DNA of 62,020 bases. Origin: a bacterium (GTDB lineage Bacteria > CALINM01). Shown one piece after another: positions 8,325 through 18,755 of the stretch. Below the pieces are notes generated by a model. That model saw nothing but the letters and a program-made list of their open reading frames with translations, had not been told where the DNA came from and did no database searches. The stretch spans positions 1 to 62,020 of the forward strand of contig JBEQAF010000001.1 of assembly GCA_041640455.1 (NCBI GenBank), read 5' to 3'. Within the stretch, counting starts at the first letter, position 1. Every line of letters starts with the position of its first letter. Made by a program: the position numbers and the translations under genes.

Positions 8325-10625
8325 TTATTTTATACATACCCTTCTCACCTCTTTTAGATCCGTAAGCCCCTGAAATACCTTGAGTATGCCATCCTGTTTT
8401 AGAGTAGTCATACCATCCTTTATAGCCTGTTTTCTTATCTCCTCTATATCTGCTTTTCTTTTTATCAGCGATTTTAGATCGTCGGTACATTCAAGAATCT
8501 CGTGGATACCGAGTCTACCTTTATATCCACTGTTATTACACTTTGCGCAGCCCACAGGTCTTGCCAGCGTGACCTCTGCCAGATCAATACTTGCCTGAGG
8601 AAAATACTCTCTGCCATACTCTTCAATAATCTCTTCCAGCTCCTTTTTATCAGGCTTGTAGAGCTCCTTGCAGTCAGAGCAGAGCCTTCTCGCAAGCCTC
8701 TGAGCAAGGATAACAAGTAGTGCATCAGAGAAGCTGAAAGGATCCATCCCCATATCAAGAAGCCTTGTAACAGTTTCAGGTGCAGAATTGGTATGAAGTG
8801 TAGAAAACACCAGATGACCTGTAAGCGAAGATTCTATGCCTATAGCAGCTGTCTCCTCATCTCTCATCTCGCCCACCATAATTACATCCGGATCGGCTCT
8901 AAGAAAAGATCTTAAAGCAGCAGCAAAGGTCAAACCTATCTTGGGATTCACCTGAACCTGTCTTAATCCCCTCTGGGTAATCTCAACTGGATCCTCTGCT
9001 GTCCATATTTTCACATCTTCAGTGTTTATCTTTGCAATGGCAGAATGCAGGGTGGTAGTTTTTCCAGAACCGGTAGGTCCCACTACCAGAATTAGCCCAT
9101 AAGGCTTGTTAATGGCATTCTCAAAGACCCTGTAGTTTCTTTCTGTTAACCCGAGCTTCTCAAAGGGAAGCGGCTCACCGGAGGCAAGAATTCTCATTAC
9201 CACATCTTCAAGCTGACCTGCTGTAGGAACTGTGGCAACTCTTAGCTCCACATCTATGGGACCATATTTTTTAAAGTCAATCTTTCCGTCCTGAGGTTTC
9301 CTTCTTTCTGCTATATCAAGCCCTGCCATTATTTTAATCCTTGATACTATGGCATGCTTGTACTTATAAGGTATCTTTTGATAAATAGAGCATCTCCCAT
9401 CTATTCTTATTCTTACAATAGTATCCTTTTTACCAGGATAGGGCTCAATATGGATATCAGAAGCCTTTTTGTGGTAAGCATCATAGATTATCTTGTTAAC
9501 AAGCTGAACTATAACGCTATCCTCTTCAGATACCTTTTTTGCCTCCTCTTCCACATCTGGCTCATCAGTTTTATCAAGCTTCTCTAAAATCTCCGCTATG
9601 GAGCTTTTATCTTCCGCATATTTACCCAGCTTATAAAAGTAATCAATATAGGTCTCAATATCATCTCTCAATGCAACAAGAAAATTAATCCTTTTATATT
9701 CAGGATAGATAAACTTAATATAATCCTGTTTCTGAAGATCAGAAGGTTCATCCATTGCAATGTTAAGGACACCGTTTTCAATCTTTACAGGAACCCAGAG
9801 CTCCTTCTTTAGCCTATCTGGTTTTACTCTATTTAGTAAGTCCGGTAAAGGAGGGAGATTCTGGTCAAACACTATGTAGTCGGTGCCATAAAAAAGGCTC
9901 AAAGATTTTAAAACATCCTCTCTCAAAATACTAAACTCTTTAACAAGAACAGCCTCAACCCCTACTTTTGCTGTCTCAGGATGCTCATAGGCTCGCTCGA
10001 GAGTCTTCTCATCTATAAGATTTTTTCCCAGCAGATACTGGAATTTCCCTTTAGCGCGTGCTACCTTTGAAGCCATTGTAAGACGATGCAGGTTAAAAAT
10101 AGCTATGGATAAAGAGGTTGCCAGCTCAACGGAAAAAGACACATCCATTTCAGAAAAATTGCCTCCACCTTTTTTGTTAATAATCTGAATTACACCTATG
10201 AGGACATTCTGAAACTTCATGGGCACGCATAATACCTGCCTTGTCCTGAAACCACTCTTTTTGTCCCAGCTGTCATCGAACTTAAGCCTGGTATTAATCA
10301 TCATAAGCTCTTCGGCGTTATAGGCATCCATAATATTTACAATATCTCCGGTGGTTGCCACATAGCCTGCTATGCTTTCAGGGCTTATTGGTACCACAAT
10401 CTCTTTCAGATCATCTCCAGATTTTATTCTCGAAAATAGGATATTTTTTTTGGCATCAGCCAGAAAAATGGTTATCCTTTCTGCATCAAAAAGCTCAGCA
10501 ATGCTATCTTTCAGCTGAACAAGAATGGCATTCAGATTGCTGGCAGAGTGGATCTCATTTATCTTCTCCATCAGCTTCTTGCGATATATAAGCTGCCTTT
10601 TCAAAGACTCATTTTCTGTAGTCAT
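8325..10625 (-). CDS. GspE/PilB-family secretion ATPase with N-terminal GAF and GspE_N-like domains
   Basis: 766 aa. Walker A is VVGPTGSGKTTT, followed by MVGEMRD and GHLVFSTLHTN and the C-terminal CxxC...CxxC tetracysteine. The N-terminal region of about 170 aa is GAF-like. Confidence 0.85.
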   Translation of the reverse strand: MTTENESLKRQLIYRKKLMEKINEIHSASNLNAILVQLKDSIAELFDAERITIFLADAKKNILFSRIKSGDDLKEIVVPISPESIAGYVATTGDIVNIMDAYNAEELMMINTRLKFDDSWDKKSGFRTRQVLCVPMKFQNVLIGVIQIINKKGGGNFSEMDVSFSVELATSLSIAIFNLHRLTMASKVARAKGKFQYLLGKNLIDEKTLERAYEHPETAKVGVEAVLVKEFSILREDVLKSLSLFYGTDYIVFDQNLPPLPDLLNRVKPDRLKKELWVPVKIENGVLNIAMDEPSDLQKQDYIKFIYPEYKRINFLVALRDDIETYIDYFYKLGKYAEDKSSIAEILEKLDKTDEPDVEEEAKKVSEEDSVIVQLVNKIIYDAYHKKASDIHIEPYPGKKDTIVRIRIDGRCSIYQKIPYKYKHAIVSRIKIMAGLDIAERRKPQDGKIDFKKYGPIDVELRVATVPTAGQLEDVVMRILASGEPLPFEKLGLTERNYRVFENAINKPYGLILVVGPTGSGKTTTLHSAIAKINTEDVKIWTAEDPVEITQRGLRQVQVNPKIGLTFAAALRSFLRADPDVIMVGEMRDEETAAIGIESSLTGHLVFSTLHTNSAPETVTRLLDMGMDPFSFSDALLVILAQRLARRLCSDCKELYKPDKKELEEIIEEYGREYFPQASIDLAEVTLARPVGCAKCNNSGYKGRLGIHEILECTDDLKSLIKRKADIEEIRKQAIKDGMTTLKQDGILKVFQGLTDLKEVRRVCIK

Positions 10626-10737
10626 ATCAATAAGAATATCAAAAGTTATTTTTAAAGCAAGCTTTATTTGGTAACTGATCCCCTGAATGAATTGATTTGT
10701 TTGAAAAAAATCAATATGGTGTTAAACTATTTAAAAA

Positions 10738-11526
10738 ATGATAAGGTTTTTTTTTGAGTATATTTTTAATCGCCTACTTGGCAAGTTCTATAATTACATA
10801 TCCTTTTTAACCATTGTCATTCTGTCATTTATCAGAAACTTCCCCAGCGGGATAGGATCTGTAAGAAAGGTAATTCTAAAACAGATATATTTTACCGGTA
10901 TGGAGGCTTTAAAGATTACTTTAACTATTGGCTTTCTTATGGGCATAGTGGTGATCACCCAGATAACCTCTTTTATAAAAGGGCTTGGCGGAATAAATCT
11001 GGTTAGCAAAATCATTATAGTCTCTCTCGTGAGGGAGATCTTTCCGCTTCTTATGGCAATTATTCTTATAGCAAGAAGCGGCACTGCCATCTCTTCAGAG
11101 CTTGCGCTTATGAAGATTAATAACGAGATAAAGTCTCTGTGGGCTCAAAATATTGATCCCATGTATTATCTAATATTCTCAAGGATGGCAGGATTTGTTA
11201 TATCTTTCACCACTATTACCATCATAGGTACCGCTACAGCCATCTTCTCCGGTGCTTTATCTATCTACTTTTTTCTTAAGGTAACACCTGCAGATTTTTA
11301 TGAGAACTTTTTTATGAACCTGAACGTTTTTGATATTCTACTATTTCTATCCAAGTGTCTGACATTCGGGCTTATGGTTCCAACTATCTGTTGCTTTTAC
11401 GGGCTTTCTGTTCAGAAAAGCACCACAGAGATACCTCAGGTCTCTACAAAGGCAGTTATGAATGCATTTTTTTATGTATTTTTATTTAATGTGCTTTTAG
11501 ATTTTATGGTGTTTATATGGCAGTAA
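10738..11526 (+). CDS. mlaE: MlaE-like ABC transporter permease
   Basis: Multi-pass membrane protein with the VREIFPLLMAIILIARSGTAISSELALMKINNEI core typical of MlaE/YrbE. Confidence 0.85.
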   Translation: MIRFFFEYIFNRLLGKFYNYISFLTIVILSFIRNFPSGIGSVRKVILKQIYFTGMEALKITLTIGFLMGIVVITQITSFIKGLGGINLVSKIIIVSLVREIFPLLMAIILIARSGTAISSELALMKINNEIKSLWAQNIDPMYYLIFSRMAGFVISFTTITIIGTATAIFSGALSIYFFLKVTPADFYENFFMNLNVFDILLFLSKCLTFGLMVPTICCFYGLSVQKSTTEIPQVSTKAVMNAFFYVFLFNVLLDFMVFIWQ

Positions 11527-12164
11527 TCGTTGATTTTAAAAATCTGATTATAAACTATGAGAGCGAATCTCTTCCAGAGATCAATCTAAAGGTTTTTGAG
11601 GGAGAGATAGTGGGGATTGAGTCTGGTAGAGACCTTTATGACCGAGCGCTTCTTGACTTCTTTTTATGTTTTTCCAATGATTTTCATGGTCAGGCAAGAT
11701 TATTTGATAGGGACATCAAAAACCTGACAGATGATGAGATTTTTTATATTCGTAAAAATATATCACCCTTAACACTAACTCTACCGTTAATATCAAATCT
11801 AAAGCTCATAGAAAATGTATATCTTCAGCAGTTTTTCTTCAGCAAAAAGAAGGAATCTGAGATATTTAAAGAGGCATATAAGCTTCTTGAATATCTGGGG
11901 ATTGAAAAAAGGTTTAACCTGAATCCCGCCTTTCTTACGGGCTTTGAAAAAAAGCTTGCCCTTTTTGCTCGGGCTCTGATTGGTGAATACAGGCTTTTTT
12001 ATCTTTCGAGGCTATTTAGTGATACGGATCAGGCAAAAAAAACCTTTCTTATTGAGAAAATCCTTGAGCAAAAGCGGATTAATGATAAAATTACTATTAT
12101 AGTAGTTGAAAGAAGTTTGGAAGACCTTGCACAGCTAAGCTTCAGCAAAATAATAAAGGTATAA
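11517..12164 (+). CDS. MlaF-like ABC nucleotide-binding-domain homologue with degenerate catalytic motifs (pseudo-ATPase)
   Basis: The length and order of ABC motifs are recognisable, but every catalytic motif is replaced. Walker A reads GIESGRDLYDR, the signature LTGFE, Walker B LFYLSRLF, and the H-loop position is R. Confidence 0.7.
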   Translation: MAVIVDFKNLIINYESESLPEINLKVFEGEIVGIESGRDLYDRALLDFFLCFSNDFHGQARLFDRDIKNLTDDEIFYIRKNISPLTLTLPLISNLKLIENVYLQQFFFSKKKESEIFKEAYKLLEYLGIEKRFNLNPAFLTGFEKKLALFARALIGEYRLFYLSRLFSDTDQAKKTFLIEKILEQKRINDKITIIVVERSLEDLAQLSFSKIIKV

Positions 12165-12165
12165 T

Positions 12166-13161
12166 ATGGAATCCATTCAGAATATAGATCCACGATTCAA
12201 ACACCTTGAAAAAAAGGTATTTATCTTTATCATTCTTGGCATCGGTATTTTGATAACAACCATATATTTTTTAGGAAAACAAAAAGATCTTTTTGCACCA
12301 AAAATAAATCTTCATTTTACCACCAATACTGCTTTCGGGTACTCAGAAGGTATGGCTGTTAAATTAGCTGGTTTTAGAATCGGAGAGGTTTCAAAGATTA
12401 CCCTTGACGAGCAGGCAAAGGTAATAATAGATCTGGAGATAAAAAAACGTTACCAGAAATGGATAAGAGAGGATTCTGTGGTGACCCTGAAAAAAGAGGG
12501 CTATATCGGCGAAAGCTTTATAGAGATCAGCTTTGGCTCTCTTGATAAACCTGAGCTTAAAGATGGTGATAAAATTACCTTCAAAAAGGCAAGAGGGTTA
12601 GAAGATATAGCTCAGGAGATTGTTGAAGAGCTAAAGCCTGTTGCTCTGGATGTTAAAAACTTTGTAATGTATATTACCGATCCTAAGGGAGATGTTACAA
12701 GAATACTAAGAAATACGAGTCAGCTAACAATGGAGCTAAACAAAACTACTCTACTTGTGCAGGATCTACTTAAAGACACAAAGCCCATCATCAAAAATAT
12801 TGAAGATATTACAAAAAACATTAAGACTGAATCAGAAAACCTTCCCAGAGTTACAGGTGAGATTAACAAATCCCTTGAAAATATGAGAACCCTTACTGAA
12901 AACCTGAAAAACGACATTCCAAAAATAATTGATGAATCCAACAAAACAATGGTTAACATAAACAGAATAACTAAAGACATATCAAAAGAAGTTCCCAAGA
13001 CAGGTGCAATTCTTGATAATGTGGATGATATTTCGGAGAATACAAAAGACATTACAGAGTCTATAAAAAGAAGCTGGTTTATAAGAAGAAATCTTCCGAG
13101 AGAGCCTTCGCCTTCCATAATGCTTCCTCCATCAGGGATTAATCAGGAACGGGCAAAATGA
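12166..13161 (+). CDS. mlaD: MlaD/MCE-domain substrate-binding protein with a long helical C-terminal extension
   Basis: N-terminal TM helix, then an MCE core (GMAVKLAGFRIGEVSKITLD...VIIDLEI), then a repetitive coiled-coil-like tail. Confidence 0.8.
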   Translation: MESIQNIDPRFKHLEKKVFIFIILGIGILITTIYFLGKQKDLFAPKINLHFTTNTAFGYSEGMAVKLAGFRIGEVSKITLDEQAKVIIDLEIKKRYQKWIREDSVVTLKKEGYIGESFIEISFGSLDKPELKDGDKITFKKARGLEDIAQEIVEELKPVALDVKNFVMYITDPKGDVTRILRNTSQLTMELNKTTLLVQDLLKDTKPIIKNIEDITKNIKTESENLPRVTGEINKSLENMRTLTENLKNDIPKIIDESNKTMVNINRITKDISKEVPKTGAILDNVDDISENTKDITESIKRSWFIRRNLPREPSPSIMLPPSGINQERAK

Positions 13162-13985
13162 AAAAAGTTATTTTTCTTCTGGCTTTAATGATTATATCTG
13201 CCTGCTCTTCTCACACAGAAAGATTTATCTCCTCTTACGAAAATACAGGTATGAGATATCTAAGCCGGGCTAAAAAGGAGTTTTCTCGGGGCAATATGGA
13301 AGAGGCTTTTAAAAATATTGATATTGCTTACTCCATATCTCAAAAATACAATCTCCCTTATTTAAAGGTTTACGTCCTGCTGGAAAAGGCAAATCTCTTT
13401 TCTTATCTTAAAGATTTAGCACAGGCAGAAAAATTTTTAACAGAGGCAGGCGAGATTATAAATAGAGATGCAAAGGAGCTTGAGCCCTATCTGCTTATTA
13501 ATCTGGCAGCCTTAAGCTTTTCTAAGGCTGATATTGAGACCTCCAAGCTTTTCCTGAACCAGATAAAAGAGCCACCATCAGACATGAGAAGCCAGTATGA
13601 GATAATGATATCCCTTCACAGTTTTAATGATAAGAACTATGAGCTATTCGAAAAAACCATTTCAAAAGCACTCGAAAGGGTGAAAAAGATTGAGGATTAT
13701 CAGCTGGAGGCTTATATTCACAGGCTTTATGCCGATTATTATATTGTAAAAAATCATATCCCTCAGGCTCTTGAGAGCTTAAATGCAGCGCTAAATATTG
13801 AAAGGTTTTTGAATAACAGGGAGGCTGTGATATACTGTCTTGAAAAAATTGCTGATTTATATGAAAATCAAGGCGGTAAAGAACAGGCATTTTATTACTA
13901 TTATCAGCTCTGGGAGATGACAAGCTCCGCAGGAGACTACCAGAGAAGCCAAAAGTATCTTAACAAGGCTTTAGAGGGGATGTAG
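13158..13985 (+). CDS. TPR-like repeat lipoprotein
   Basis: Signal peptide with lipobox LMIISAC followed by helical repeat-like sequence. An ATGA overlap couples it to mlaD. Confidence 0.55.
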   Translation: MKKVIFLLALMIISACSSHTERFISSYENTGMRYLSRAKKEFSRGNMEEAFKNIDIAYSISQKYNLPYLKVYVLLEKANLFSYLKDLAQAEKFLTEAGEIINRDAKELEPYLLINLAALSFSKADIETSKLFLNQIKEPPSDMRSQYEIMISLHSFNDKNYELFEKTISKALERVKKIEDYQLEAYIHRLYADYYIVKNHIPQALESLNAALNIERFLNNREAVIYCLEKIADLYENQGGKEQAFYYYYQLWEMTSSAGDYQRSQKYLNKALEGM

Positions 13986-14047
13986 CTCAGAGGGAGAGCA
14001 AAGCGTTCGCAACGCTTGGGTCGGGGGTTCAACTCCCCTCATCTCCA
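13976..14047 (+). tRNA. tRNA-Ala (anticodon CGC); no encoded CCA
   Basis: I folded the cloverleaf by hand. Acceptor GGGGATG pairs with CATCTCC and includes the G3:U70 alanine identity pair. D arm is GCTC/GAGC. Anticodon arm is AAGCG-TTCGCAA-CGCTT. T arm is GGGGG-TTCAACT-CCCCT. Discriminator is A. Confidence 0.9.
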
Positions 14048-14058
14048 TTGGTCATGGT

Positions 14059-14086
14059 CGGGCAGTTTTTTACTGCCCGCTTTTTT
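14059..14086 (+). terminator. rho-independent terminator after tRNA-Ala
   Basis: CGGGCAGT-TTTTT-ACTGCCCG (8-bp stem) followed by C and TTTTTT. Confidence 0.75.
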
Positions 14087-14093
14087 ATCAAAT

Positions 14094-15413
<1,320 letters not shown>

Positions 15414-15421
15414 TCAGTTTA

Positions 15422-16357
15422 TCATTTCATATATTCTGAAAAAAGCCATGTGGAAAGATATCTCTCGCCCGTATCAGGCAATACAACAACAATCATCTTC
15501 CCCTCAGACTCTTTTCTTTTTGCCACCTGTAAAGCTGCCCAGAGTGCAGCTCCCGATGAGATACCAGCAAGAATCCCCTCTTCTTTTGCCAGACACCTTG
15601 CCGTTTCTCCTGCATCCTCATTGGACACCTGAATTATCTCATCAATAATACCTCTATTTAAAATATCAGGGACAAAACCAGCGCCTATCCCCTGAATCTT
15701 ATGAGGTCCTGGTTTTCCTCCAGAAAGCACTGGTGAATCCTTTGGCTCAACCGCAATGGCTTTAAAAGAAGGCTTCATGGATTTAATAACTTCAGAAACG
15801 CCTGTTATGGTTCCTCCTGTACCGACCCCGGCAACAAGTATATCTACCTTACCATCTGTATCATTCCAGATCTCCCATGCAGTAGTTTTTCTATGAATCT
15901 CAGGGTTTGCAATATTTTTAAACTGCTGGGGGATAAAGCTTTTTGGATACTCTTTTGCAAGCTCTTCAGCCTTCTCAACAGCACCTCTCATGCCTTTAGC
16001 CCCTTCCGTCAACACCAGCTCGGCGCCAAAAATTCTCAAAAGTGCTCTTCTTTCGAGGCTCATTGTTTCGGGCATGGTAAGAATAAGTTTGTAGCCTCTG
16101 GCAGCACACACAAAGGCAAGGGCAATGCCTGTATTACCTGATGTGGGTTCAATAATTACCGTGTTTTTATCAATAAGCCCCATCTTTTCTGCGGCATCTA
16201 TCATGGCAACGCCGATTCTATCTTTTACACTGCATAGGGGATTAAAGCTTTCGACCTTGGCAAGCAGTTCACAGTTAAGACCTTTTGTTAGTTTATTGAT
16301 TCTTACAAGTGGTGTATTTCCTATAGTTTTAGTAATGTCATCAAAAATTTTTGCCAT
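15422..16357 (-). CDS. cysK: cysteine synthase A (O-acetylserine sulfhydrylase)
   Basis: [25 protein letters not shown] and GTGGTITG. Confidence 0.9.
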   Translation of the reverse strand: MAKIFDDITKTIGNTPLVRINKLTKGLNCELLAKVESFNPLCSVKDRIGVAMIDAAEKMGLIDKNTVIIEPTSGNTGIALAFVCAARGYKLILTMPETMSLERRALLRIFGAELVLTEGAKGMRGAVEKAEELAKEYPKSFIPQQFKNIANPEIHRKTTAWEIWNDTDGKVDILVAGVGTGGTITGVSEVIKSMKPSFKAIAVEPKDSPVLSGGKPGPHKIQGIGAGFVPDILNRGIIDEIIQVSNEDAGETARCLAKEEGILAGISSGAALWAALQVAKRKESEGKMIVVVLPDTGERYLSTWLFSEYMK

Positions 16358-16390
16358 ATTAAACCTCCTAACTTTATTTATTTAGTAAAC

Positions 16391-16419
16391 AATATAATAA
16401 ATTTTTTACTACTTGTCAA
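16391..16419 (-). promoter_or_regulatory. sigma70-type promoter candidate for cysK-metY (TTGACA-17 nt-TATATT)
   Basis: The minus strand reads ttgaca-agtagtaaaaaatttat-tatatt. It lies about 35 nt upstream of the AGGAGG and ATG of cysK. Confidence 0.5.
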
Positions 16420-16496
16420 CTAATATTTAAAAACAAGCTTTTTTATTAATATTATCAGGAGATTTAAAAATGTCAAATGAGGAGCTGAAAGGAAAT

Positions 16497-16520
16497 AAAA
16501 AACCCCGCCCGAAGGCGGGG
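16497..16520 (-). terminator. rho-independent terminator after the 12-heme cytochrome gene
   Basis: Minus-strand CCCCGCC-TTCG-GGCGGGG followed by TTTTTT. Confidence 0.8.
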
Positions 16521-16548
16521 CTCAGGAAAATAAACATTATTACTGGAT

Positions 16549-18732
16549 TTAAGGTCTTGAGTTACCCAGGTAAGCCTTTGCAGCTACCTTCTTTTCATCA
16601 GTCAAGGAAAGGCTATCAATAAAAGCAGACATATTGATGTTTCCGAGTACACCATCTTCAATAAAATCGATGGAATCCCAGAGTAATCTCTTTACATAGA
16701 TTCTATTGTGGGCATATCCACCTGGGTCATGAGCAAGAAGATTTATATTGAATGCGGCACCCATTACATCTTTTGCCTTCGACTTACCAAAAACCATAGC
16801 CCAGTTTCTAAAAGATGTTGAGCGGTTGTATTCATACCAATAAGGAAAAGTCTCTTTAAAATATATGCCCTTTGTTTCCATCGCTATTTTTCCTGCCTCA
16901 ATTGCTGCCTTATAATGTTCTTCTTCCTCTGATAATTTTTCAGCTGTAAGTTCATAAGTTCCTGTATGACAGGATGAGCAGATTTTGCTTGTAATCTCTG
17001 TTATCTTACCCGTGTTGTCCTTTTTAACATTAGTAAACAGATGACTATTGTCAGACGTCATATGGCAACCAACGCAGGGACCATTTTGGGTTAAACTCAG
17101 TGTTTCAGTTATGCCAATTTTATCATGTTTAAAATATGCTGGATTTGTATAGTTCTTCCCTTCATACTCATAACCAGTTGTTCCAAAAAGCTGACCACCA
17201 GCTGCAAGATAATGAGAATTTATAAATTGTAGAGAGCTAAAATTGCCAAGAGAGTTCTTTATAGAATCGCCTGTTTCACGACCCGTATGACAGGCAATAC
17301 AAATATTAGAACCCTTCAAATCTGGATAAGATACTGTTGCATTGTTACTATATGTAAAATTAAGTGCGCCAGGATCTCTTAAATCTCCAGTCCCAGCATT
17401 TGAATGACAACCCCAGCAATATAGCAGCTCATTCTGCCTGGAACCGCTAAACGATGAATAATTTTCAAGGTGTGCAAAGTTATTGCTGGCAGCATTATAA
17501 CCAGCGGGATTGTTCAGGAAGTTTGATACACCAGTTGCCGTATGGCATCTCTGACAGCTCTGTCTCTGTGAATGATCCCAGTTGTAATATGCCCAACCAG
17601 CACCTGTAGTATTGGTAACTCCTGCCTGCATTACAAGATTAACCTTATCCTGATTTCTTTGTCTTTTACCATATGTGGTAGATGAATAGGCTGCGTATTT
17701 AGCTTCATAAATATGCCCTGCATGGGCTGATTTTGCCCAGTCTGTATAGATTGTAGAGGGTCTCGTAGTATCTGGTCTCGTATTTGTTGTAAAATTATGA
17801 CCGTGGCATTCCATACAGGGGTTAGGCTCATTTTTTCTTATTACATATCCCTGAATTACCGATTCATTGCTCATACCTCTTCCTGAATCGGGAATATCAT
17901 AATGAGTGGTGGCTATGATTCTAAACCACGCTGTTTCATGATAAAACTTGTCAGAATTTACAGTTACAGGCACGCCATCCCTATAAGCTGTTGTAGTAAA
18001 TGTTTTACCAGAAGCGATAAGTTTAGTTCCATTAAAGTTGTAAAGGTTATGACAGCTTGTGCACAGATCAAACTCATCTACCAGTCTGTTTTTGTTTGGA
18101 TCCCAGGCAACAACTTTACCTGTTGCGGGATCTGTAGCTTTAACTGTTCTTATCTTTCCACCATGCTCATGACAGGTTTCACAGTTAATCTCTTTCTTAA
18201 ACTGATCTCTGTTCATAGAAAGAACGGGTCTGTAAGCACTATTTAGCAACACATTATCCTTATCACCCGTATAACCAAGTATATTGGCAAGAACTGCTCC
18301 TTCTGAGGTATGGCAACGATAACAGGGATCATTTGTTGTCTCCTCATAGGGCTTTGCATGATTTGAGTTAGCCCATTTACTTGCGCTGGTTTTTTTTGCA
18401 ACTGTTCCGTTATGACAGGATTCACATCTTGCCAGATCTGGTTTTGGATAGGGGATTGGTCCAATTCCGTTATGCTGGGATCCAGCACCATGGCAGCCTT
18501 CACAGCCAGCATTATCATTGCCATAGTGAGCAGACTTTTGATACTGAGCCACTATAGATTCACCTGTAATTCTGTCTGCAGTTGCACTGTGACACTGGTT
18601 GCACTTTGTGTCACCAACCTTTGTTATCTCACCTGAAACGCCCACTCTATTTTCAGAACCACAACCTATGAGAGTGAGACAGAGAGAGAAGAGGGCAATC
18701 ACTAAAAGAGAACTGAAATACTTTTTGCTCAT
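16549..18732 (-). CDS. dodecaheme c-type cytochrome lipoprotein (OmcB-like outer-membrane cytochrome)
   Basis: I counted 12 CxxCH motifs. The signal peptide has lipobox LIGC. The start is moved to ATG 18732 (MSKKYF...) because AGGAGG lies upstream. The size of about 727 aa fits. Confidence 0.85.
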   Translation of the reverse strand: MSKKYFSSLLVIALFSLCLTLIGCGSENRVGVSGEITKVGDTKCNQCHSATADRITGESIVAQYQKSAHYGNDNAGCEGCHGAGSQHNGIGPIPYPKPDLARCESCHNGTVAKKTSASKWANSNHAKPYEETTNDPCYRCHTSEGAVLANILGYTGDKDNVLLNSAYRPVLSMNRDQFKKEINCETCHEHGGKIRTVKATDPATGKVVAWDPNKNRLVDEFDLCTSCHNLYNFNGTKLIASGKTFTTTAYRDGVPVTVNSDKFYHETAWFRIIATTHYDIPDSGRGMSNESVIQGYVIRKNEPNPCMECHGHNFTTNTRPDTTRPSTIYTDWAKSAHAGHIYEAKYAAYSSTTYGKRQRNQDKVNLVMQAGVTNTTGAGWAYYNWDHSQRQSCQRCHTATGVSNFLNNPAGYNAASNNFAHLENYSSFSGSRQNELLYCWGCHSNAGTGDLRDPGALNFTYSNNATVSYPDLKGSNICIACHTGRETGDSIKNSLGNFSSLQFINSHYLAAGGQLFGTTGYEYEGKNYTNPAYFKHDKIGITETLSLTQNGPCVGCHMTSDNSHLFTNVKKDNTGKITEITSKICSSCHTGTYELTAEKLSEEEEHYKAAIEAGKIAMETKGIYFKETFPYWYEYNRSTSFRNWAMVFGKSKAKDVMGAAFNINLLAHDPGGYAHNRIYVKRLLWDSIDFIEDGVLGNINMSAFIDSLSLTDEKKVAAKAYLGNSRP

Positions 18733-18755
18733 ACTATCCTCCTTTCTATAAATTT

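Noticed and set aside
10691-10715. Inverted repeat ATTGATTT-N9-AAATCAAT upstream of mlaE as an FNR/CRP-type site
   Set aside because: The half-site spacing (TTGAT-N13-ATCAA) does not fit the TTGAT-N4-ATCAA class. It could be an unrelated operator or an AT-rich coincidence, and the evidence is insufficient.
16470-16650. Small plus-strand ORF starting at ATG 16470 with an AGGAG upstream
   Set aside because: It runs through the terminator hairpin and into the 3' end of the cytochrome gene on the opposite strand. Its composition does not look like protein-coding sequence.
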